A stretch of 64,000 nucleotides of DNA, taken from assembly GCF_009914755.1 (NCBI RefSeq), contig NC_060925.1; one strand, given 5' to 3'. Positions 39,176 to 51,729 of the stretch are shown piece by piece. The notes beneath the pieces were generated by a model. That model ran no database searches. It was not told where the DNA came from and was given only the letters and a program-made list of their open reading frames with translations. This DNA comes from the human T2T-CHM13v2.0 reference genome, Homo sapiens. Made by a program: the position numbers and the translations under genes. The first letter of the stretch is position 1. Each line of letters begins with the position of its first letter.

Positions 39176-40515
39176 ATATAATATCAGCAGTCTTTCCAGA
39201 AAATGAATAACGTTAAAGATAATTTAAAATTAGGACAATATGATGATTTCTAAACAAGTATGTGGGAGCCTAATATGTTTCCTTTCCTGAATGTTGAAAG
39301 GTAATGTTAAAACCCATGCCTGGTACATTTACACTGAATGTTTAATAAGTTGTGGTTACAGCAAAGCTGTGCTTCTCTTTAATGGAAATAAATATCAAGC
39401 AATTAAAAAAAAAGAGTCAGGTAAATAATCTTCCCACAAAATAAGATCAAATGATTCTTCCTAACAAGACTATTGTTTTTCTAGTTTATTTATGTATGAT
39501 GGCCATATACTAGAAGGAATAAGGGAATCAAGAAATAAACTAGAAATTTTGGTGGGAGTCCTTAAAAAAGTAATCTGAAACCACCGTCTATGTCTTTGGT
39601 TTCAAAGCAGTTAGCGAAATAGAGCACCAAATTACAAGTCATCTCAATAAACTTTGCTTAAAGATAAACTAACTTCCTAGCTTTGAGGCTGAGTGAATTG
39701 TTTCAAAGAAGATTGCTGTCAACAGGATTACTAGAAACTGACTATGGTCAAAAGGAAAGCTTTATACATTTCAGAAGTGACAAAGCCTATTGAAGTGTAT
39801 CTTGAATAGTCAGACCATGGTGACCATTCTGTGAATATCTTGTCCATTTATTTCCCTTCCCCTACTTCACTAAGAGCATAGGTAGTAAAATAACAATTGT
39901 AGTTAAATCCTTCCCAGTAAAATAGGCCTGTAACCTTAAACAAAACTGTGACATGGTACTCTGCAACTTGTTCTGTGAAGTGGGGAAGTCAGATTGTTCC
40001 AAATTTTAATTATATTTTCTAATATTCCTTCTTCTTTGCAGTATTCTTCACATACATCCTAAAGCTAATTTGTATTTATTTGCTGGCTTTCAGGATAAGA
40101 CCTAAAACTTAATGCTCTTATCTTTGGTCACCAGTGTCAAATGTTGCTTACACTCATCTCTGTGTCCTTCTATATGGCCCCTCATTGCCTTTTTTTCCTT
40201 TTGTCTTCATTTTAACATTCATTTCTGTATTACTCGGGCTGCTTCTTTGATGTTCTAGGGTTTTGAAAGGTTCACTAGTCTAGAAATCATTGTACAGAGG
40301 AAGGGCTTGAGATTTTGAAAAGCTAGTATAGCAGTGTCTAATCATTCTCTCCATGAAAATCATGGCGTGGATATCTGAATGCTCATTGGGGCCAGACATA
40401 ACTTGGGGGCAGAGTGTAAGGGTATCTTTCATGGTCTTTTCAGGCAACACCCTGACTCCTGTACCTGGTATTTCTGAAATTCTTGGTTCATAATAAAAAA
40501 AATCAGATATCACCC

Positions 40516-41046
<531 letters not shown>

Positions 41047-42007
41047 CACTCTCATGGAGACATGAGTCCTGCCATGATCCTGGTAGTAACTTTGGGTCTA
41101 AAAGAAGATACGATAAATGTAGGGAACATATTTTCAACCACCCACCAAAATATTCATCTATCAATTGATTAAGCAGGCAGTTTATGATAGTATTTTGTTC
41201 CTTTAGCATATTCTAGATGTAAAGACTATGCAAACAAATTAATCAGCTCATGTATTTATATTAATATTGTGATATGCAGTATATATGATAACCAGGGATA
41301 TAGCTCAGCAATATGTACACTGTGGTGTGTTTTTGCTTGATTTTGTTTGTTTGTTTGTTTGTTTTGGTCAGGAATTATAGTTTAAGGTACTCAGTTCCGT
41401 GATACACTAAATTAGCATTCCTCAGTAGGCCTTCCAATTTCATTCCTAAGCATGTTCAACACCTTCGACTTTAATAAAAGAAAAAAAAAAAACCTCGGCA
41501 TTCAACAAAGTGCAGAAGTTTGAATGACAAATGTGTTACACCTCTAACACAAATGTCACCTTTGAGATGAGAATCTGAAATACTCTCCTGATAACCTTAG
41601 GATGAGGTTATCTCATCCTGAGAAAACAGGGAGAACAAACAGGCAAAAATACTGCCATGAAAGATGGCCAAAATGAAAAGTAAAGAAACACAGGCACTCA
41701 CTCACCATAGTAGCTACAATGTACTCTATGCCTAAAATACAACGGGGTGTTTCCTTCATCATTGGTAATACTGACTATTTCAAACAAGCTCAGAGGAGTT
41801 TAATAACCTCTCTAAAGTAATGTAGGTTGTAAGAAGTAAAGCCAAAGATTTGTTGCCAGGTTCATCAAAGATTTGATGCCAGGTTCTTCTAAACACAGGT
41901 TCAGGATCTTTTCAGGTGCTATTGAAGATGCTAAGTCATTTTGCATGCACAATTTGAACCATGACCTTACTTATTTCTGTATAACAACATTTGGATAGAT
42001 ATTTTTA

Positions 42008-42187
42008 CAGTAAGTCCTCAATGTTGCCTATAGGTTCTTGGAAACTGCAACTGTACTGCAAAATGAAACCAATTTTACCGTAGGCTAATTGATATAAACA
42101 AGAGTTAAGTGTCTACAGCATACAGTACATCATTTCACTTAAAGGTGAGCCTAGAATCTATCAATTACATTAAGCAAGAACTTACTG
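42008..42187 (+). mobile_element. Short MER6 (B/C-type) MITE
   Basis: TA|CAGTAAGTCCT...ACTTACTG|TA inverted ends. Shares 'aaaccaattttacc.tag..taattgatataaacaaga' with the MER6A at 3997. Confidence 0.75.
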
Positions 42188-44287
42188 TATAATTCCTATA
42201 TTAAGATAAAGAAATGAAGGCATAGAAAGACTTCAATTAGCTTGCTTGGTATTGCCCATCTCCTAAGTGGTGAAAACCTGAGTGTTACTTTGACATCAAA
42301 GCTCAAGTTCTTAAGCACTGTGTTTGTTAATATACAATATGTGAACTCTAAAAGAATACATTCTAATTTGAAACCAGAATTCCATACTTATCACACTCAA
42401 CATATTCATTCAATGAACACTTATTTATACTGCTGTATATGACACAGTCTATTAATCAACTATGGATCCAGGAAAAAGTAAACTAATATCTCTGCCTTTG
42501 GAACCTTATAAAAGCAATGGCACCACCAACAAAATCCAATCATAGAAGGATATTATATTTACATGAAACTACATTTGGTACAAATCACAAATCCTCACCT
42601 AAGTAGAAATTGAAAAGAAATAGGATATTAAATGAAAGATTAAAGTAATGGCAATATTTATTTCAGATACATGTAGAGTTATTGATTAATTTAGTAATTA
42701 ATTAAAGTTAACCCTCAAAAAGAAAAAATCCTGTACCAGGCTCTTTTTAGGTACTAAGGAAACTATGGGTAAATGAAAAATTGAGAAAAAATTTGCTATT
42801 CTAATAGGCTCACATTTTTAAAGCCCCAGTTGTCTCTACTGTGTTACCTTTATTACTGGAAGCACTATTTGTCTAACTGATATATAAATAAATAAGACAT
42901 TCTCTATTGATTTGGCATATTTTTAGACATATATAGAAATACTATAAAACATGTGATTTTATAAATAACTTTTATGTACTCTTTAGAACTACCGATTTAT
43001 AAAATATTTATCGTTGGTAAATGTTAACATCAGTACATGATGAATATCTTATCTTCTTGCTAGTTTGAATGTGATCATTTTTCTCTGGAAGTTAGTAAAA
43101 TAATGCCCATTCCTACTTTTAAACCCCTCTGTTAAGCAGTTGGTTTTCATCCCAGCAGTGTGTACGTATGTGGAGCTGCATGTCAATCAAGATCGCTGTT
43201 CCTTACTGCTTGGCACTCCCCCTCATCTCACCACACACATACTAGCTCTCTTAGATTAGTGAATACCTAGTATAAAATAGGATACCACATCTCTACCCTA
43301 CTTCTACACCCTATCGGACTTTATGCTAAAGTATTGCTTTTTTCCTGGCATTTCTAAGATATTTTTCTCAAACATATTATGCTTTTGACCTTGTGGCAAA
43401 TAGGCAAATTAAATGTGAGGAAACAAAGGTACTGCCCCATCTGACTAGAGAGCAGAAGTCCATTTAATTCTACTGTTCTTCCCAAGTAGTTTCCAGGGTC
43501 CACATGGAATGAATATAATTTTGCAGCTGCTAATTTTCTAAGGGATTCAAAAGAAGTCATGAGAAAAAAATATGTATGTGGCCAAGGAAAGATTCTTTTA
43601 ATGCATTTTGCAATTTATGCAAATCTATACCTACTATAGCTTGCCATTTAGGAAATTACATTAAACCATTTTCCATTCATTAACCATTAACCTAGCTTGA
43701 TGAATGTCCACTAACTTCCCTACAGTTAAGGTACTACAAAATTTCCATTTATCCCAGCAGTCGGATTTCATTTTCCTCAAAGGACTCCTCTCACTCCCAG
43801 TGGTCATCAGCCACCATGTAGAGCCTCCCCACTTTTGTTTCAGTGAAAACCTTTCAAACAAGTACTCAAGAGCAAGTGCCTTAGAATCCTCCTTTCTTAT
43901 ATCTTACATGTGTCACTGAAAACAAAGCTCAAAGATATTTTCTCTTTATCTTGTTTTTCTTTTTTGATGCAATTGCACTTAAAGGGCTGTACAGTTTGGG
44001 AACAGATTGATACAAATCATTTCTGATGTGTAAGCATCCCTGAGTGATGCATGTGCTGTTACCTGTCGGCATCTTTCTTTCCCTGCTTAAGTTTACCTGC
44101 CAACTTTGAAAGAGGCAAATAGCTGATTTTATATCCAAGCTCATCTGCAAGTAGAGGCTCAGAAAGAAACTTGAAATGGAGGGAGGAGTTGTTCTGAGAG
44201 CTTTCTTTTCACATGATGCCTTGTTCCTACGGAAACCATTTTTGTCTTGTTTTTAGATGAACCGACCTGCTTCTGTCATATAAAAAA

Positions 44288-44322
44288 GTGTGTGTGCGTG
44301 TGTGTGTGTGTGTGTATGTGTG
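44288..44322. repeat. Imperfect (TG)n microsatellite
   Basis: Direct reading. Confidence 0.9.
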
Positions 44323-45984
44323 TTTCTTTTTGCTCATTTTTGTCCCCAGAACATAATTGTAAACTCTGATTAAATAAAAATAAAGTGGCATTGTTTTTAT
44401 ATTTCTTATATGATTATCCTTTACTCAGTGAGAAGGCTTGAAATTGAACTGAAGCAATTGGAGTCAAACTTTGTTATTATAGAAATTTTAAATGTTTATT
44501 ATGTCACTATGAATTTACCGAGGACAGAAAGGTAAATGCAATTACATCACTGTGTTAAAGTTTATTGGTATAGTACTACAATAAGGCGGTAGTTATATGA
44601 GGATTAAGACAAAGAAGAAAAATGCTGTTTATAAAATATATAAATTTATATGCTTATATTCAGGAAAAGATGTTGACAGTCTCACACTAGTGCATTTAGT
44701 CAGAAGTTATTATTTGTTCTCTATAATTTTGAAAATCAGATTGTTTTAATCTTAAAACCTTATTTTTCTTCTTCCTCTTGGGAAGAAAAGCTGTATATTT
44801 TTCAGTGACTTTCAACAACAATGCTAGTTACTCTAGATTTTTCACCTTCCTGGAATAAAGGAATCAGCCTCAAACTGAAAACCTTTTCTTCTATCTGTAA
44901 TAGATATAGCTATCTAGCTAGCTAGATAGATAAATAGATAGATAGATAGGTACAGATAAAGATATGTAGAGATATATACACACACAAACATATGTACATT
45001 TTAAATTGTGAATCTAATGTCAATGTATCATGGGAAATAATGAATAGTATCTGTTATTTTTTTGTTTCTGAGTCTGAGATGTATCCCAAATTGCAGAGCC
45101 TGGCTCAGAGGCCACTCTGAATTTATTTTTCTCAAATGATTATAAAATCAATGGAATTAGTAATCAGAAAGTCATAAAATAATTGTGCATTATACTGATG
45201 ACTCCTCTCCTTTACTATCCCACTCTTATCAGTATGCAAGACATAATTACCTTATTTTTTCCCCTCATAAATAACACCTAACAGCTTGAGAAACATGGTT
45301 CATATTACTCATTCTTAGGACTACACCTCCTGTAGTTGATACTCTGGGCACATGATCAGAAGGAAGTTTGCTTACCAAATTCCTTCATCTTTGCTGCTTC
45401 TCTAGTATGGCTACCAATCACTCAACAAAAATGTTGTATAATTAAAGCACTGTGTTTGCTGAACTGAAAGGACAGCCCAACAGCAGCAAAGTTCCTATCA
45501 TAGATTTGGTTTTTCCTCATCTATTCTGCCTCTGTTGTTACTTTTTAATCATCACTCCCACCAGGCATTGTCTGACTATTCAGACAATAGCTAAGTGAAT
45601 TGAGAATTCTATTAGGTTTACATCAGCAGTGGGCACTGCAGACATTACCAACTCATTAGAAAAGGAAATTCAAAAGAAACAAATAAGAGCTTTTTTTCCT
45701 CTCACTTTCGAAAAATTTCAGATACCACTATGTAACAATGACTATTCATAGTTCAAAAGGTAGAGATGCAAGCTACAGCTTCACAGGAGACAGACTCGTT
45801 ATTTTTGTTTATACAATATTTATAAATGTTCAATAAAATATTGTCCTCTAATTTCATTTTTCATTTTAGACCACAGACATGTGGATTATATGCCTGCAAT
45901 TGTTTAAATGACCCTGTATCAGCTAAACAATATTTATTTTGAAAAAGCCCAAATTACCATAGACTGTGATATCTTATACTTAAT

Positions 45985-46297
45985 TCCTATATTGTTTTAT
46001 CGTGATTCTTAGCTTCTTTGCGTTGGGTTATAACATGCTCCTCTAGCTCAGTGAAGTTCATTATTACCCCCATTCTGGTCTACTTCTGTCATTTTAGCCA
46101 TCTCAGTCTCAGCCCATTTCTGAGCCCTTGCTGGAGAGGTGTTTCGGTCATTTGGAGGAAAAGAGGCACTCTGGCTGTTTGACTTTTTAGCATTTTTTGT
46201 GTTGATTCCTTCTCACCTTTGTGCTGTTCTCGTAGGCCAGAAAGAAAAACCAGGCCAAACTCAGCTGACGCCCATGGAGGGAGGATTTAAACCAGCC
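45985..46297 (-). repeat. Inverted local duplicate of 51653-51965
   Basis: Manual alignment: 313 bp, 13 substitutions, no indels. Confidence 0.93.
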
Positions 46298-49200
46298 TGA
46301 CCTCCCAAAGTGCAACCCTGTTTGTAGGTTATCCAGATAACCGCACACTGCAAACAAAATCTGAGCTTGACAACAAGTTACCTTCTGTGTGACTAAAACT
46401 ATCGCTTAATTTTACTATAACACTATTTCTATTGAATATTCAATACCTTATTCTTCTATTCAAAATTTACGTACTCCAACACGATCTAAAAAATGTGTCA
46501 TTCTATTTTCACCTGATAGTTCTATTTCTGCCTAGCCACCCACTATACTTTCAGGCACTTTTAGAATAAAGATAATCATACAAAATCTAGTGCCTAGAAT
46601 TATCATAAGGATGGATTTTAAATAAGAACAGTGGTTGTTTAAGAATTCACTAGTCAGAGGAGAATTCTAATGAAGTATTTTTGTATACACTTTTATATTA
46701 TATCAAGCTTTGTTATGTTATTTCAAAATAAAAATATATGCCCATTACTAGCTAGATGTATTTAATATTATAACGATAAGACTAAAATAACTTATCTTGA
46801 CAGCTGTATCAATTAACTATAATCACTCTACTTAATATGCATCCAGCCTAAATTTTATTGCTTCCCTTGACCTTAATTATTAGACAAAATAATTGTCTGT
46901 AATAGAACATTGGTTTTTATACAATGGATTGTATTACAATCCATTGGATTGTATGGATTACAAACAATCCAATTACATAGTTTAAGTTATGTAATAATAT
47001 ACAAGTAAGTATTATTAACTATACTCACCCTATTGTGCCAAAAGTAGTTGGACTTATTTATCCTTTCTATTTTTTTGTACCCACTAACCACCCTCACCTC
47101 TCCTCAAAGCTCTACTGTCATTCCTAGTCTCTGGTAACCGTCCTCTTACTCTCTACATCCATTAGTTCAATTGTTTGATTTTTAGATTCAACAAATAAGT
47201 GAGAACATGTGATGTTTGTTTTTCTGTGCCTGGCTTATTTCACTTAACATAATGATCTCAATTTCCATCTGTGTTTTTGCAAATGACTGGATCTCATTAA
47301 CTGAGGTGAGATGGTATCTTATTGTAATTTGATTTGTATTTTGATGATGATCAATGATGTTGGCACCTTTTCATACGCCTGTTTGCAGTTTGTATGTTTT
47401 CTTTGAGAAATTTGTATTCAAATATTTTGCCCATTTTTTATCAAATTATTAATTTTTTTCTGATAGAGTTGTTTGAGCTCTTTATATATTCTGGTTATTG
47501 ATTCCTTGTCAGAGGAGTAGTTTGCAAATATTTTCTCCCATTCTCTGTGTTGTCTCTTTACTTTTTTGATTGTATCCTTTGCTGTGCACAAGCTTTTTAA
47601 CTTGATGTGATCCCATTTGTCCATTTTTGCTTTGGCTGCCGGTGCTCGTGGGACATTGGTCAAGAAAACTGCCCAGACCACCAACATCCTGGAGATTTTT
47701 GCTATTTTTTTTTTGTAGTGGTTCCATACTTTGAGGTCTTATACTTAATTATTTAATCCATTTTGATTTTATTTTTGTACATGGTGGGAGATAGGGGGTC
47801 TAGTTTCATTCTTCTGCCTATGGATACACAGTTTTCCCAGCACTAGTTATGAAAGAGACTGTCTTTTCCCCAGTGTATGTTCTTGGCACTTCCGCGGAAA
47901 ATGAGTTCACTGGAGGTGTGTGGATTTGTTTCTGGGTTCTCCGTTCGGTTCCATTGGTCTATGGGTCTGCTTTTATGATAGTAAAACGACCTTTTGGTTA
48001 CTATAGCTCTTCAGTATAATTTGAAGTCAGGTAATGCAACTCCTCCAGTTTTGCGCTTTTTGCTTAAGACACCTTTGGCTATTCTGGCTCTTTTGTGGTT
48101 TCACATAAATTTTTTCTATTTCTGTGAAGAATATCATTGGTATTTTGATAGGGACTGCACTAAATCTGTAGACTGCTTTAGGTGGTATGGATACATTAAC
48201 AATATTGATTCTTCCAATCTACAAACATGGAATATCTTTCCATTTTTTGTGTCCTCTTCAATTTCTTTCACCAGTGTTTTATAGTTTTCATTGTAGACAT
48301 CTTTCCACATTTTTGGTCGTTAATTCCGAGGTATTTAATTTTATTTGTAGCTATTGTAAGTGGGATTACATTCTTGATTGCTTTTTCAGATTGTTTGCTG
48401 TTGGTATATAGAAATACTACTAATTTTTTGTACCTTGCAATTTTACTAAGTTTGTTTATCATTTCTCATATTTTTTTGGTGGAGTGTTTAGGTTTTTCTG
48501 TATATAAGATCATAGCATCTGCAAACAAGGATCATTTAATTTCTTCCTTTCCATCCAACTGGGATGCCATTTATTTCTTTCCCTTGTTTAATTTCTCTAG
48601 CTAGAATTGTCACACTAGTTTGAATAACAGTGGTAGTGAAAGTGGGCAACTTGCCATGTTATGGATCTTAGAAGAAAGGCTTTCAGTTTTTCCCCATTCA
48701 ATATAATGCTAGCTGTGGTTCTGTCTTAAATTACTTTCATGATACTAGTTGTGGGTATATTCCTTCTATACCCAGATTTTTGAGGGTTTTTATTATGAAG
48801 GGATGTTGAATTTTACCAAATGCTTTTTTATCATCAAGCAAAATGATGATAAGGTTTTTATTCCTCATTCTGTTGATATGGCGTATCATGTTGATTGAGT
48901 TGCACATGTTGAACTGTTCTTGAATCACAAGGATAAATCCCACTTTGTAATAATAAATGACCTTTCCAATGTGTTGCTGAGTTTTGTTTACTAGTATTTT
49001 GTTGAGAATTTCTGCATAAATAGTCATCAGAGATATTTGGCCTGTATGTTTTTTATGTGTCCTTGTCTAGTTTTAATACGAAGGTAATACTGAACTTGTA
49101 GAATGAGTTTGGAAGTAGTCTCTTCTCTAATTTTCAGAATAGTTTGAGTAGGACTGATATTAGTTTGTCTTTAAATGTTTGCTAGAATGCAGCATTGAAG

Positions 49201-50267
49201 CCACCTGGTCCCTGATTTTTCTTTAATGGAAGAATTTTTATTAAGACTTTAATCTCCTTGTGATTGGTCTGTTCAGGTTTTGGATTTCTTTCTGGTTTAA
49301 CCTTGGAAGGTTGTGTTTATCTAATAATTTGTTCATTTCTTCTAGGATTTCCAATTTATTGGCATATAGTTGCTCTTAGTAGCCACTAATGATCCTTTAA
49401 ATTTCTGCAGTATCAGTTCTAATGTCTCTTTTTTATTTCTGCTTTTATTTACTTGTATCTTCTTTTTTCTTAGTTAATCTGGTTAAAGGCTTGTCAATTT
49501 GGTTTAGTTTTTCAAAAAAACACCTTTTTGTTTCATTGATCTTTTGTTTCAAAGACATTTTCTTGATCTTTTTTTTTCACTGATGTTATTGTTCATTTTA
49601 ATTTTATTTCTGTTCTAATCTTTCTTTTCTTCTTCTAACTTTGGGTTTGGTTTGCTCTTGCCTTTCTGTTCTTTAAGATCCATTTTTTAAAATTTAAATG
49701 TTTTCCTCTTTTTTAATGTAAGCACTTATAACTACAAACTTCCCACTGAGTGCTGCTTTTGGTGTATCCCATAGGTTTAGTATGTTGTGTTTTGATTATC
49801 ATCTGTTTGGAGAAATTTTTCGATTTTCTTCTTAATTTCTTAATTGACCCACTGGTCATTCTGGAGCATATTGTTTAATTTCCACATATTTGTAAAGTTT
49901 GTAAAATTCCTCTTTTTATTAATTTTTAGTTTTATTCCATTGTGGTCAGAGAAGTTATCCAGATACTTGAAAAGTCCTGTGTATTGTTATCTAAGATGTT
50001 TCTGTTTTAGGGAGTACCTGAAGCCCCATAATGCTGTGCTTTGTGCAGACTCGTAAAGATACTACCTTGATGGTCTTGGACAAGACATGGAAGAATTTTC
50101 TAGATTACCAGACAGAGACTCTTGCTCTCTTCTCTTACTTTCTCTGAAACAAAAAGAGTCTTTCTGCTCGGAGCCACCTAAAGCTGAGGGTGGAGTGCGA
50201 CAAGCACCCCTGTAACCACCACTATGACTGCAATGGGTCAGACCTGAAGCCAGCACAATACTGGGTA

Positions 50268-50473
50268 TAATAACTCAATAAACAAGAGGAGAAATAGGTA
50301 CATGCCAATAAACAAGAAGAAAAGTAGATACATCTGTGCTATTCCCCCAAGTCCACCAGATCCAATCTCTGTACTTCTTCTTTTATTAATTTTGAAATGG
50401 CAAGCTTTATTATAGCTTTTACAAACTGTAAAAATGAATATCTTTTAAAAAGATCTATACCAATATTTTAACA
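50268..50473 (+). repeat. Direct local duplicate of unique sequence 55708-55893, inserted into the L1MA 5' UTR
   Basis: Shared 'taataac.ca.taaacaagag.agaaatag.tacat', 'cccccaag.ccaccagatc', 'ttttattaattttgaaatggcaa' and 'aaaaatgaatatctttt'. Confidence 0.88.
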
Positions 50474-51729
50474 AGTCCTGCTGGAACTACTCCCTAGCTA
50501 CTACCTATGTTCACTCAAGGCCCTGAGGTTCTACAATCAGTAGGTGGCAAAGCCAGCCAGGCCTGTGTCCTTCCCTTCAGGGAGGTGATGTGCCTCAGGC
50601 CCTGAGTGGGTCCAGAAGTGCCATTCAGGAGTCAGAAACTAAAGTCAAAAATCTCAGAAGTCTACCTGATATTCCACTGTGTTGCCACTGAGATGGCACT
50701 CAAACCACAAGGCCCAGTCCTTCCCACTCTTCCCTCCACTTTCCAAAGGCAGACAAGCCTCACTCTGTAGCTACCACCACCCATGGCCATGAGGAGTACT
50801 GCCAGCTTACCACCAGTGTTCTCTTATGGCCGCCCTCTTTAGTCAGCTTCTGGTGAACGCTGCGTGGCCTGGGACTCACCTTTCAGGGCAGTGGGTTCCC
50901 CTCTGGCCGAAGGCAGGTCCAGATGTGATGTCCAAGTGTCAAGTCTGGAATCAGGAACCCCAAGAGCCTGCTTGGTGCTCTACCCACCTGTAGCAGTACT
51001 GGTACCTAAGGTGCAAGAAAAATTCCCCTTTACTTTTTTATCTCTGCTTTTCTAAAGCAGAAGGAGTTTTGGACCATAGCCACCAAACTTGCTAATGTGC
51101 TGAGTCTTGCCTGAAGCCAGAAGTTCTCAGAGGCTTACCCAAGGACCATGATGTAGTAGCTGGGTTTCACTGTTGGTTTATTCAGGGCCCAAGGGCTCTT
51201 CAGTTAGCACGTGATAAATGCTGACAAAACTGGGTCCTTTCTTCAAGGCAGCAGGTTCCCTTCCGGTTCAGGGTTATTCTAGAGATGTTGTCTGGGAGCT
51301 AAGGCCTAGAATGGCAGCCTAATTACTCTTACTAGTGCCCTATCCTGCTGTGGCTGAAATGGTATCCAAGCTGCAAGACAAAGTTCTCCCCACTCTTCCT
51401 TCTCCTTTCTTCAAGTGGAAGGAAGGAAACTCTTGGCTGCAGTAGCTGGTATTTCAGTATGTTGCGTGCCCCCAGCCACTCCACTGTCTCTGGGCCTAGT
51501 TTGCCCGTAGGACTCACCTACAAATTGCAGTCCTTATGGCTTAGACTTCCTTTCAAGTTTCCTTAAATATCCAGAGCACTCTGGCACTAGGTGGTGAGGT
51601 TTGTGGGCACTCACGTGTAGACTGCTTGGATCAGCAATTCCCCGCTGGCTAGGGCTGGTTTAAATCCTCCCTCCATGGGTGTCAGCTGAGTTTGGCCTGG
51701 TTTTTCTTTCTGGCCTATGAGAACAGCAC

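Noticed and set aside
46298-51652. Segment inverted between the 313-bp inverted repeats
   Set aside because: The L1MA 5' UTR continues in the same orientation on both sides of the right repeat, so this allele is not inverted.
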